From Raillietiella orientalis (lineage: Eukaryota): a stretch of DNA of 64,000 nt. Numbering within the stretch: position 1 is the first letter of the stretch; every line of letters starts with the position of its first letter. Position numbers and translations under genes: made by a program. The stretch lies in NCBI GenBank assembly GCA_036172245.1, contig JAYWIR010000014.1, positions 1,984,001 through 2,048,000 of the forward strand, read 5' to 3'. The notes under the pieces are model-generated. The model searched no databases and was not told the DNA's origin. It was given only the letters and a program-made list of their open reading frames with translations. Of this stretch, positions 1 to 13,459 are shown piece by piece.

Positions 1-1954
1 TCATTACATGAAAGACCATTGTCAAAAGCTTTGGCAAGATATATCATAGCAGCACTCTCGCCAGCTTCTGCTGCTTTTTCCATATAAGCAAGTCCTTTAC
101 TAAAGTTCTCTGAAGTAGAACATATCTGGCAAAGAAGACATCAGAACAGTGAAACCCGTTAGGTCGAAAACCATTAAACTAACCTCCACAGACATCAAAA
201 TATCATGATCTAAATGCAACAGTAGCTGTGCTAATGCAAGTATGGCTTCTAAAACACCACAGTCAGCTGCATGTCGTAGATGAAATAAAGCAGCTTCCTC
301 ATCAAAATGTTGTGTGCCAATTACAAATCTTCCTATTTCATGATATTTTGCTAAATCTAAATGGATTTGTCCTAAGACATTTTCTTCTGAGAAATGATTC
401 AAAGGCAGATGAGATGGGCGATGCCTCTGATGCATCTCTTTACTGAACAGGTCCTGTTCCACTTCTCCAATCAGAGACATACTGCTTTCTGATACATATC
501 GTTCTCTACAGAATAAGTACTATAAACCGCGGAAATCGTAATCTATCTATAAACCTATGATATATATCTCCATCTGAAGAAAGCTGATCACTGTCTTCAA
601 ATTCATTCTCTTCCGTTGAAAAAACAGAACCTCCAGAATCCACACGTTTTTTTCCAGGAGAATTACTCATGCTTGAATCACTGCGAAATATGTGACACTC
701 CCAGAATGAACCTTTCTCATACTCCCAAGGAGATACACACATATCCACAGATCTGCATATGGTTTTCCCTCCATCATGCTGCACAAAATCATACTTCTAA
801 TTCTTGAACAACAAGCTTACCATTTTTTTTAAAATGTCATCCTGATAACACATCTCAGACTCTGCTAAATCAAAAGCTGTTAATCCCAAACTGCTGCAAA
901 TATTATTACAAACATGTGAATGGAAGAAAAGTGCCATTCCACGAGTTCCTAAATTTCCTTCGCCATATTCACTTCCTGAGAGAAAGCTTAATCATTACTT
1001 GTGTTTGAAACCCACCGCTAGCTGTATGGATTTGAGGATCAGTATATAAATCTCCTACACCTTGAATATCCACCACAATAAGCTCATGGCCAGAACGTTC
1101 GAAAGTAAAATGACTGAAAGCATGTGGAGTGTTGCGACAGTCCTCATCACTTATGAAACCTGCATTGGAGTTGTACTTAGTGTATCTTCCATGAATAAAA
1201 TGTTCAATATGATAGAAAGGACGTCCTTCTATCTCTGGAAATTCTAAAAGAGCCAACTGGACTATATCCACTTTTTTTGGTGGATTATGGCGATTGTATT
1301 CCTCGCCCCACAGTTTTGCATTCATTTGTAATTTGATATCCTCAAAGTACACTTCTTTGTCAGCAGAATTCATATACCGCTTAGCAACATAATTGTTGGC
1401 ATCGTGGTTCCATGGTGAACCATGCAAGCAGCTGCTCTTTTTTTTCCTATCAGAAATTCAATACCCAATTTGTACCACCCATTCTGTACACACAGGCGAA
1501 AGCATTCTCTCATGGCTCCACTTGCAAAAGACAAGGGCTCCATTTTAACTACCACTTCATCAGTAACCCATGTTTTCTTCAATGCATTATAACGATATCG
1601 AATGGCACGCTGCTCTGGATATTTTTCAAAGTGAAGAGACTGCCAAGGATCTTTCCAGTTTCTTGCCTTGAAAAATAAAACAAAACATGCAGGAAAAATT
1701 AGTGCAGGCAACACGCTAAAATGAGATCCATGTTCAGGTGTTGCCTAAAATAACCTACCTTTACTAGTGCCTTTTTCCAATATTTTTGTGCTTGGTTATG
1801 CTTTTCTATAGCGACATCTGATGATGTAGAGCTGAGGAAAAGGATTAACATAAGATCACCAAGTTAATTGACAAACGCACTTAGGAGATCCAATTGGTTC
1901 CAAAGAATCTAACTGTAATGGAAAAATCATCTTTTCTTCTTCTGCACAAATCAT
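1..1954 (-). CDS. EEF2K: Eukaryotic elongation factor 2 kinase (alpha-kinase domain plus C-terminal Sel1-like repeats); multi-exon, 3' end beyond the window start
   Basis: In-frame GT-AG exons 1954-1881, 1831-1759, 1666-1494, 1446-1016, 975-821, 778-~555, ~506-184 and ~101-8. They give MICAEEEKMIFPL..., FASGAMRECFRL, NYVAKRY, LQMNAKLWGEEYNRHNPPKKVD, YTKYNSNAGF, RNTPHAFSHFTFERSGHELIVVDIQGVGDLYTDPQIHT, YGEGNLGTRGMALFFHSHVCNNIC, LGQIHLDLAKYHEIGRF and KGLAYMEKAAEAGE, which are hallmark eEF2K motifs. The start codon is tentative. Confidence 0.96.
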
Positions 1955-4900
1955 AGAAGAAGATATGTTTTTCCTAACTGGCATTTTTTTTTGTTTTCCG
2001 TAACGAAAAAAATTTAGAGCTTATAAAATGTATTCAATTTTTCTTATAGAGAAGGATGTGCATATTTTTGCAGTTGATCAATGTACTTCAGCATCTTTGA
2101 GTCTACTTCCCAGACCAAATCCATTAATGCAGAAGAGAAGCATGATCCAATTGAAAAATGGTAGTAAAAACAGAAGAGAAATATAATTTGTTAAAAACAT
2201 AAATGATGACATGTAAAAGGACTCCAGTGGAACCATTTTCTGATATCCAGAGATACCTTAAACAAAACAACAAATACAACCTGTTTGCAATTCATCATGC
2301 AACTGGTACCTTTTAGCATATGAATTTCAAGCTTTCTTCTGATGCAAATTTTTCAGCTTCACATAAATCAGAGTAATGAAATTACATCTAAAACCTAATG
2401 TGGAGGAATAAAAAATTAATATTCAGGAATCAAACATTTGGTAATCAATTAAAAAAATAACTTGGAAATAAGATTTGTCTGAATGTATAATATAATGAAA
2501 ACATTAGATGGGCAACAAACTAGTTCAAAGGATTGTTATATTGCTTGTATTGCACATCAATACGCTTTCATCATCTTAATCAATAAATTCTGAAATTAAG
2601 ATCGTTAAAATTTTTGTTTTCACCTTGTGCATAAATTACATATGAATGCATACTATAGGAAACAAAGCCCCAATTCAAAGATTTTTTTCCAGAGTTTATG
2701 TGTAAACCGATACAACAAGCATTCTACCAGAGATAATGACTATATTGTAAATATGACTCCTAAGATTACAAGTACGTGCTACTTTCAGTATCCCTCAAGA
2801 TGGAATCATCTAAAGAAACAAAAGCAAGCAAATTTTGCTGACAAAAATGCAAACAAGCTCTTTCCCGAGAAACATGAAACAAATACGCATCCGTTAAGAG
2901 TGAAATTAACTTTCTGTGCACATTCCTGGAAATTTTCTTCCATGGTCACTAACCCTATAATACTTTGTCACACCATCCTACAGTCGGTTACAATGGAAGA
3001 AAATGTCCCCAAACGACTGTACGACAAACTTTTTCCATGAAATAAAAATTAAAACTAATTGTCCCACTAACTATTTTTCTGAAATGTTTTCATAAATCCG
3101 CATTAGTTCATGTATTAAATCAGTTTCACATAATTCATGAACTACGATAAAGCGATGTAAATTCATGAAATCAACAATTGCTTCGTCGTGAATGGACTGA
3201 AGTGCTAAGCAAGAAAAATTTTCGAGTACACTGAGAATTTTACTTTTAAGGAAAAATTTTTTTCGTACGCGTGTTTTTGAAAAAACAAAAACAAAAGAAA
3301 TCTTTTTCCAGAAATTACATACAGTGACTTACACGCCAAATGAAAGTAATTGTATGTGATCTCCGCACGTAAATTCAAATACATTAAAATTCACCTGAAT
3401 AAAAGAAAAAAAATTTTGTTCTATTGCAGCAAACGTATAGAATGATGAACAAAGAAAAAAATAACTAAAGATCTATCTTTCAACACAATTCCTCTCAGCA
3501 GTGTTTTCAACCAAACGTTGAACTTGAAAGGTACACAGTCTTAACCGAACAACCAAAGCGGTCCGACACACACATACACATATTGTTCTCACATATGAAT
3601 TGCTTTTTGCAAGTTGGAATAATCCCAACATTTTCGTTGTCACACACTCATGCTTTTCACTTCTTACCTGGTCAATAAACTCACTGAACCTTCTTGCGCC
3701 GGCAAGAAACAATATTGAAATGCGTGTTTACATCCAACGCAAGGGAACGTCGAACAGTATTGGTACTACGCAGTTCGTAAAACATGTGCTAATACAATGA
3801 AATTCAATACACTCTTCACCTTATTTATTACAGCTGGCTTGGTACACATGTATGTTGAAATAATTTGCTTCAGTAAAATAGTAAAGTCAATCATGCCATC
3901 TATGTATTGTTTTCTAGGTGGGTATCCTCGAACCGGGGATTTTATCATCAACAATGCCGGAAGGAATCATCAGAAAATAATGCTGTCGACACGACGGGCT
4001 TCTTTTTGATAGTAACCATTTTCGGTAAATGTTCTGTAGTATAATGGGATAATCTTCATTTCACGTGGAAAATCGTCAACAATCCACGGTTAGTTTTCAG
4101 CGACCTCTGCAAATGTTCATCGAATGGGTTGGGTAATTTAGAATTACTCTTCAGTAGCTGTAATTTTTTTTTCAAAAGACGAAATACTAAGATACACAAA
4201 TACATTATGCACGTCATTTAATTATCATTTATTCAATCATTGTATTACTCTTACGTACTGCGTCTCTCACAAGTAGATACATGAGATGGGAATATTTAAA
4301 CAAAATAAGAGTCCATCAATGAGGGTAAACTACAATATATTTGCTGAATTCGGTAGCAAACTCGAGGCTGAAGTTTATCGTGTTATTATATCATACATAC
4401 AATGCCGATATGTATTCAAGATTATGTAAACCCCATGAACAGCAGCGCTTTAAATGAGTAGATCTTTCCGAAACCTCTTGGACTATCCAAAAGGGTTTCC
4501 AATCTTCATTCACGCACCTTCAGTTACATACCTTCAGTTACAAATTACAAATCCTAGATCTAGAGAAATCATTACGTGCAAGCATCAGAACTAAAAAAAA
4601 AACTGGTCTTTCACGGCATAAGAGATTTTTTTTTAAAGTTGTTTTTAAAGAGAATTAAGAATCATCGGTTTTTAATCAAAGTAAATCTCACGAGGCTGAA
4701 AAAGGTGTAAGTATAGTAGCAAATTCTTTCAAAGGAAGGCATTGTGCATAAGGAAAATTAGCGTTTCAGGAAATCCTTCTGGAAGTTTCAGGAAATATAA
4801 GAAACGCGAATGAAAAAAATCTAGCAAGCAATACTGAAATCCTCTAAGAATCGGAAATACATAATTTCACAAGTGTGCAAAGAATAAAGATTGGGTAAAA

Positions 4901-6654
4901 TTTCGGGTCCTCACCTCAACTACTAACTTCATACCTATGATGTGATATTTGACGAAGATAAGTTGCCAGTTAATTAACTCTCTGGAAACATCGGTGACAA
5001 TGTCTGCCCTTTGAGTGAGAATGCTTTAAGATTTATCAGAAGAGATGCCTTCTTTCATTGGAAGCTTGAACGAGGTATCCATTCGTACGAGGTATACATT
5101 TTGAATTCTCTTAAAGCACGAACGATCTGATGGTTAGTTACTCAGAAGGTTAGTCACAGTAGAATGAAAAAATAAATGACATAAATATCAATGTAGTATA
5201 ACTTAACTGTGTTCTGCAATAAATAATATCAGCTTTTTGAAATTCAAACGTATATGTTTATTACGAAGAGATCTTTTATATCAATACCATTTCATGTTAA
5301 TTCGCTAGTATTTCTATGTCACATTTATTTGGCTTATTGGAACGAAATTTATGAAATTCCATAAATTTTACAGAATTTAGAGAGGACTCTTGTTTTTATT
5401 ATTTTGCGATATATGGATGGGAGAGCTCACTAGAGCTCCTTCTGGATTCCTGTAGGGTTTCAAATTACAGCATAAACCTGCAGTAAATGCTTAGATCGTA
5501 AGGCACCTCCGAATGTCAACCTCTTCAGAAGTGTCCTGCCGTTGTCTGATTTTTGCCTCTGCATCAATTTTGTTTACCTTTGCCAATTTGCTCTCCGTTG
5601 CGAGTTGCTACGTTTACAGAATCGGAAGTGCACATCCACAACTCCCAGACGAACCCCCGCAAACCAGTGTCCGTCACTTCTACCGAGGCCACCAAAGGTA
5701 GCAGAAAAAAAAAAAATTCTGCACGTAACGAAATCAGGAAACAACCAACCGAGTTTTTTTTTTTTTTATCCTGTCTCGAGTTCCGAACTTTCGTTCGTCA
5801 TGTGTCGCAGAACCTGAATGTTCTGAGCACTTGCTAGGGAAGGCTGGTACGAAGTGTTGCATGTAAAAAAAAAAAAAAAAAAAAAAATATGTAAACACAT
5901 TCGTCATCAACGTAAGCACTGCAATCAAACACCATCAGGCTGGTTGGGGGCATCTTGTTTTGGAGAAATAAAAAAGCTATATACCGGAAAGGCGATCGAC
6001 AAACATCTCGTACAGAGAGCACTTTTGTTCTTGCAAGTACAGTCAGTGCGAAGTCGTCTCCCATCCTAATTGTGGTTCACATGGCACAAGAATTGCGGTC
6101 GAGTAAGCTATTAATGATAGTGTGATAACATGTACTCAGTAGTTTCACATCAAATACATCGCTCTGTTATGTCTGATAGGTGGACTGATAACGTGGGTTT
6201 CGACAAAACCGTTTGGCAAGCATGACTGTCATGACTGGACAACTGGCTGTGCTTGTTATGTGGTGCTCTAAAAATTCGAACCCGTGATGGTTGTAAAGCC
6301 GAAAACACACACCCGTGAATCCAACTGGAAAGATTTTTAGGTTGGCGCAAAAGTGTTGTTTCCATCGCACCGGATGCAAGCGTTAGATAATCCATTTCAC
6401 GAAATGAACACCAGCACGTGATCACTTCTTTTTCCGTTTCAGAGCACCGTTTCCATCGTTTTGTGTTTACATTCCCCGTGTTTACCGTTGAATGTACACT
6501 ACTTGCATTTATACCATGAACATGGTATGTGTGATACGGGACGTACGTGCCACATACTTGAGGCAGCACAACATACAAATTCAACAAGACGGAGATTCCC
6601 ATCGAAAACCGAAAAACGGGTGCACGTTGCGATGACACCCTTCCTGTGTGCAAG

Positions 6655-6682
6655 AGTAGTAGCAGCAGCAGCAGCAGCAGCA
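6655..6682. repeat. (AGT)2(AGC)n trinucleotide microsatellite
   Basis: agtagtagcagcagcagcagcagcagca read directly from the sequence. Confidence 0.85.
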
Positions 6683-9600
6683 GAGCATGTGCAGTTGAAC
6701 TTTTCAACTGCGAAACAGTACCAGCGCGCCTGACGCCCAACCGTCAGTCCTCCAGGGTCACGACTTTTCATAGTTCAGTCTCAAGGTTACCTCATGCAAG
6801 TCACCAACTACAACGCAGTAATGCAGATGCGCAGAAAGCTCGCGTGGTCTTTTGTGTTTATTCAGTCTATTGATTTCATAGCGCTCATTTCAACTGGGTC
6901 AGGACGCGTTCGTCTCGGATGCGGTAACATTTGTGCTGCTGCACCTAGCAGCGGCAGCAACACTAGCCATGTATAAAATGAGTCAGCGCCATCAAATTCG
7001 TGCCATTTGTGCGCCCGCTCGAATTTGCGGGAATCCCGGTAGAGCGAATTTTTTCCCAAAGATCCATAAGAAAGTACTCCAAAACAACAAACTCCAAACA
7101 AGTGCGGCTACATCCTGCTTTCAAAGCGGGTTCAAGCCGGGTTTTCCTTGAAGGTGACATGGAGTCCAGTGGGGTAATGGTGCAGAGCACTGAAGTCACC
7201 TGGAAAAGGCGCTTTGCCCGATTTCATCGGATCAGCCACGCTGCCATCACAGCTCAGTTTTCACCGATGTGGTCCCTCAGGTTTGAAAGAAGAAACAAAT
7301 AAATGGTCCCCTCCCCTCCCCGAAGAAGAAAAAAAAAAAATGCAAACAAGGAAGGAGGAGAGATAACGTTCCCGATGATCACCGTGATGCTTTCACTAGC
7401 CAACTGCACGACTTTGCTCATCTGAAATCATTTGAAAACGAATGTTTCACGTGCTGAAAAGTTCGAATTCATACGGGGTATATACCCATAAGGTTGCTGA
7501 AAAATGAGGGGTTTCGAAATATAGGGATTTCTGCTCAGGAAAGATTTTTTTTTGGTTTGTAAATTTCAAACAAATGAATCGAATATGCATGGAACCAGCT
7601 GAGATCAGCAACACTTCGCCCAAAGTTCAGCAGACATTAAGGTTATGTGTAATAAACGCACGGTCGTACATGCATTTTTTTCCCCCTTTTTTGAAGTGCA
7701 CAAGATTTCGTCTTCAGTTTCAAAGTGAAATTTCAAATGTTATGAAGTCTGCAAAAATGGCACATTGAAAATTCAACTGCTTCCTTCAAACATGCCCACA
7801 GTTTTTTTGCATGTCCAGATTTTTCGTTGCTAAAGTCACAGGAATGACACAGGGTAAACGGTCTCCTGTAAAACAAAAACGATAAATTCTGCAACCAGGG
7901 GAAAGAGACAGAGAGCGAGAAATACTTTTCGTCGTTTCATATCGCTTAAAATGCGAAAAGAATTTTTAAATTAAGGATTCCGGAACTAATGAACCAATCC
8001 AGACCTCAGTTCTGTTCCCTAGATATTTGCTGGGTTGTCTCCGAGAATCGCACAAGAGCATTTACGTAGGAAAAATTTTGAAGTTGCGTTTCTTGCCAAC
8101 CTTTTTCGTACTGAGGGACTTTTTCAATTTAACGCAGCTTCAATGATGATAATCACCTAAACATTACCTGGTCACTACATTACTGGAAAAACTCGAAAAT
8201 GTTTCTTCATTCCTTCCTTTTTTGTGCTTTGTTTTGTTTTCTTGAGGGGAAGGGATCGTGAGATCGTATCCTCCAGATTGGAAAAACCGGTGGAAGAGTC
8301 GTTTTCATATTCATGAACACAAACGACTTCCCTTCCTGCCAACCTTTTGTATTCTCACGTAACTCAAGAGTCGTTCATCCAAATGCAATAAGTATCCTTT
8401 GAACCCAAAGTTTCGTTTCCCACTATTCCAATTTTGATTTTCTTGTGGATCTAGATTGAGAAATGGAATCAAAGAAAGCTGCCCATTGCAGAAGTCTACA
8501 ACAGAAGCGCATCATCGTGAAACTTCTCTGTTTGCCTGCCAGTCCGGAATGAGGCTGTCACCACAGCGATGCATCCAGATGGTGCCCCAAACTGTTTCGT
8601 CACTGCTTCTCCCAGGAAAATTCTGGATCCGAACGATTGAATGAACAGAATGAGCGGCCCTTGGAAGCAGCAGATTCCCCTAAAGCATCCAACTTATACA
8701 TCAAGTTTGGGTCTGACGAAAGTTTACGACGATGGGAAGCAGGTCTCATTTCGTTTTGCACCTTATTTCCTGGTGTGTACATACCCCAATAGCGTGAGAA
8801 AATTTCCGAGAGCAATGTCTCGGTTAGTTATGCAAAGAAGCATTTCATGGATGATTGCGACACAGCAATCGATGCGCCTTCTTCCTTCGAAGAGCCATTC
8901 GAATTGGTAAAACACCTTGAAGACGTAGGAATGTTCGGCAGTGATAGAGAAACGAAGCACCACCAAAACTCTTGACTCTAAACTCTTGAGGTCTGGAACC
9001 TATCTATAACTTCCATCGGTTAGCAGCAACCTTTAGGCCTAAAGCTTAAAGGATATGCAAGAGACAGGACACAGTTTGTTGCTTTCAAATGATAGAGTCT
9101 GACAGAGTCTTCAACAGATAGAGTCTGTTGAAGCAAATTTGCAGACAAGGAAACATACTCTCCGTATCACGGCACACACGTTTGTTCATTCTCTTTTTGA
9201 AGAGAATTTCGTCAGACACATGGAAAGAGGCTCTTTTGAGATCACATGCTATCGAAATACACAACTTTTAATTAATCCTTCAACGTGAAAAGTTCATCGG
9301 AACAAAGCCATCGAGAGGAATACTTCCTGTTACACTTCATAATGTAACAGAAACCAGAGGTATTTCCAAAAAATAAAAAAATGAATAAATAAATACGACC
9401 GATACTGAAATTACTGAGCTGCATCTCATTGCAACGAATCTCAAGAGAAGCAAATCAGTAACAGATTGGAGAACCCGGGGGAAGCTCCGATTTTCGTAGT
9501 GCTTTATTTCAGAAGATCTGAAGCAGTTTCATGAGCACCATTCTGAAGTGATGGAGAAGTAAGCAGCTTGCCACTTTCAAATTTACATTCTCTGACTTAT

Positions 9601-12082
9601 TCGTTCATTAAGAAAACAAGGTTAGGAAGACTTTACGAATGTTCAGAATAAGGTTTGGAGTAGTCACCAAGAGGGAAAAAATCAAGATGTATTCTAATTT
9701 ACTAAGCGAGTAACTATTGTCACATGTTTCTTCAGCAGTAAGCATAGTGCTCACAAGAGTTCATGGTAAGAGTAAAGTAAGTAAAAAAGTAAAAAATAAA
9801 AAAAAGGAAGAAAGCGAAAAAAAACGTAAAAACTGCGATATGCTTTGATCAGCATTTGATGCGATCTCATCCTGGTGACGATTCAGTTTATAAAAAAAAA
9901 TTGCTTCAGATGAGTGCGCTTACCAATCCTATGGAACCACTAACTTCATAAAAACTCTATTAACACAAATGAGCGGTATTGATTTAATTCTACTACAACT
10001 AATGGAATTTTTCCTTCCATATCTTGAATCGTTACATTTTTCTTTCTACATCTTCGAAAATCCAGAAAAATGTAACAAAATCTGGATCTAGGTGGCTAAA
10101 CAATCATTGGATTGGTTTGTTTTTGATTCCTAAGTTTGAGTTCATGAATTCCTCCTGCTTTATCTGAAAAATAAGAAAATGAACCAATCCAGTGTCTTGA
10201 GAGAAACCGAAGTACATCAGTCCCGTCAATTAGTTGCGTTATTCCTGAGTGGAACGCCCAATAGAATGCATGCAGTTAATGCTTACGTATCAGAAAGTAG
10301 TAACTGCGAAAGAGAAGATGCTTATCTAAGAGTCACAAATCTTATTATCCAAGCCGTCTCAATTATAAGAATTTGAATCTTTATAAATGAATCAAAATCG
10401 CGCTAATGTGCAACGATTGATTCAGTTTTACACAATTTTTTCATCTTGAGCACCTGCCGATTTCCGCTTTCATTCTCGAGTTTAATGATTTGAGGTAACT
10501 TTTATCTCAAATAATAATAATAATAATAGAATTAACTGTACTTATAGTCTTCGTAAGTCTTCGTCTGTTTCTTTCCATTCATTGAAACTTGACCAAATAT
10601 TATCTATTTTGTGTTTTTTCCCATAAATGCCCAACTATCGTTTCGAAGAATCTTTATCCAAATCTCTACCACAAATCCAAATCTTTTTCTCTATAAATCA
10701 ACTCACCAGAATCATGTCCTTCATTCTCATTATGCTGTGCGTAAGTCGTGTCGATCCTGATTTGTTTTTATGAAGATGAAGTCTTCGTTTTATATCTCAT
10801 AACATTTAGCGAATTCTTGGAAGATATAAAGAGATTTTAGGTGACATTCTGTTGAGAAGGATGCATTGTTCTCATTTTTGATTTGAGGCCTTTTGGTTAA
10901 TCCAAAATTAGACTTCGTTTCCTTTTCGACATCTTACAAGTTAGTTTATTCGCAACAGAAATGAATGGAAAACATCTTTTGCTGATTTTTGGTTTCACCA
11001 CAGATGCTATGAAATATCCTTTTACTTTACTAATATCATATTGCAAGGTTTTACTTAGTGCAGAACCTTAAAAAATCATACCAAATTCAATGACGTTACA
11101 ACTAGGAGGCAGTTATATGAAGATGTGTGATTCCCAGTATCATCGTGACAAGAAAAATCACGTTTGTGTAATCTCTCTATACTAACTAAGTAGCATTCTC
11201 TGCTTTTATTAGGAATTTTGCAGATTTAAAATCAAGTAGGTCAAATATTTAGGCAAACACTTATGGTCAGTTTTTACACATATTTTCACACAAGCATCCT
11301 AACAGAAAGGCTCTGCGAAAACCAAGCCATGAATGCAGCTAGCAAATCTGTTGAAGAGCAGTTCCCATAGTTTCTATCTATGTCTTTGTTTTATTTGGAT
11401 TGAGAGCTAATTTTTGTCTTTTACTTTATTTATTTTTCTAAGAGTTAAAAAACAAATACAAAAGATATTTATCAAATTATAAAATAAAGCAATAACGAAT
11501 ATCACTGACATATAGAACTAATTCTTTGACATTCCTTTCAGTTCCCATGCTGTGTTTAAAATGAGATTTCGCTAGTGTTAATAGCGAGATAAGCATACGT
11601 GTCACTTGTAGCAAATTGCTAGTCGATGATTTAAACTAGTATACGGATGTTAATTAAATTTAAATGGAAATTTCCTCCGTGGTTTGCAATTTTTGCATTC
11701 ATTTTTACTATGATCTTCATTGATTTGAATTCAATGCTGAAATTAGTTAGATCTATATCTGGTAATCCTGGAACTGAGTTGCTGTATCTGTTTATGCGTT
11801 CATTTACAGTGTTGCAGTTATTTCAGTTTTAGGTAGCTCAGCATTTTTGTGCTTTAGATTTTAATGCAATATCCTACGCGATACCCATATTACATGGCAG
11901 GGTTTTTAATTTGTAATTTTTAAACAAACTTAGAATGTTTGTATTCAAATAATAGGAATATCTGAGATGAGAAATCTACCTGTTTGCACAGTTGAATTGG
12001 AGGGCATAAGAATTGAATTGAAAGCTGTAGATTTATATGCATTCCAGTTTCAGGAAAACTGAAAACTTATTAACAGACGAAA

Positions 12083-12382
12083 ATGTCAGAAGTTGAGGGA
12101 CAAGATATTCAGCTTTGGACGGCACCCTTTGATCCCAGATTTCCTAATCAAAATCAAACAAAGTAATTCAATGTTTCATAAGCTTCTGTATATTCATGCA
12201 TTTTTTTTTGAAGTTATTGTTATGTCAGTTTTCTGGATTATCACCGATGTCAGAAACTGAAAGGTAAAGATTATGAACCTTGCAATTACTTCAAGAAAGT
12301 ATATGAATGTATTTGCCCAAGTTTTTGGATAGAGAAATGGGAGGAGCAAATGGCTAAGGGCACCTTTCCAGGAAAAATATAG
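12083..12382 (+). CDS. COX6B: Cytochrome c oxidase subunit 6B (82 aa, 2 exons)
   Basis: Exons 12083-12162 and 12214-12382 with a 51-nt GT-AG intron translate to MSEVEGQDIQLWTAPFDPRFPNQNQTNYCYVSFLDYHRCQKLKGKDYEPCNYFKKVYECICPSFWIEKWEEQMAKGTFPGKI*. This has the TAPFDPRFPNQNQT motif, the CX9C...CX10C pattern and the GTFPGKI C-terminus typical of COX6B. Confidence 0.96.
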
Positions 12383-13459
12383 TTTTATGGATTGTGAGAG
12401 AAATAAAGTATATATAGCTAACTATGCATCACCCTGTCAATAATGTTGTTGTCAATAGAGTGTTTGATCTAGTAATGTTTTTAATGTACTTAGTCAACCT
12501 GACTGTATTAGAAGTTGAATCTTTATCTCTAGATTCTTACCTTAAATGTTTGATTTTCCCATTCAAATTGAACATGTTTTTTGATGCAATCAGTGATGTG
12601 TAAGCATAAGTAATGGGTTACATCCTTTCATTCTTGTGGCCTGGACAAGAGTATCAACTTATGGAGTTATACTTGAAAAGGCAATCCAAATTTATTTTCA
12701 AACATAATGAATTTTTGTTATATGTGTAGCATCTAATATACTTATTTAAAGTGATTAAAGTACATTTAAGGCATTCTTGTCCTGAAAAGTATGGTATCCA
12801 TTATAATGGTATCATTCAAGGACAATCATGGTTTGTTATTGGGGAAATTTTGTTGTTGCTATAGTTATCTTATTTTAAATGGGTATACCTTTTTTCCCTT
12901 TAAATAAATAAGGTCTTATATCCATTAATATGAACTTATAGCTTTCTTGTGGTGATCCCTGTTTTTCATTTCGTATCCCAGGTATTTCTTTTTCTTGTTT
13001 ACTTTGTGGGTGAAATATTTGTAGGTCTTTAGTATTTGCATCACCTTTGAGAGAACAGGTCTGCGAATCAGCGTGTCATAAAATGCGTGTATTCTAGATT
13101 CGTATTTTTTATCCAAAGACAAGTTGAAATAACAACTGGCCTTTGGAGGAAAGTTTTTTCCCACTCATTTTTGTGGGATGACATTTTCTTTAAAGTAGCA
13201 GGTAGCAAGCGAGGTTTCTAACGGAATGTACACACAGTGCGTGCCGAGATGCAGCTGTCAGATCTTGGGTCGATCTGTGAAAAGGAGAAACCACGGTTTT
13301 ATGACCAAACATCGAAAATTACGGTGAGGCAGCCAGAAAGTCAAGTTGCCAGCGGCCAGCCTGTAGACGCCTGTGCCGCTGCACTTATTTTTGTGTGGAA
13401 CTCTTGCTGTCGACTGGCCCCTCATTCCCCCAAGCCCTCCCCATTCGAGTGCTCTCGTT

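Noticed and set aside
2045..4130. Short-exon gene candidates upstream of eEF2K, including an adenylate-kinase-like WIVDDFPRE
   Set aside because: Splice-like signals exist, but no consistent frame or recognisable protein could be built.
9109..9133. 10-bp perfect hairpin CTTCAACAGA-TAGAG-TCTGTTGAAG
   Set aside because: Isolated and associated with a local micro-duplication (GATAGAGTCT); no functional context.
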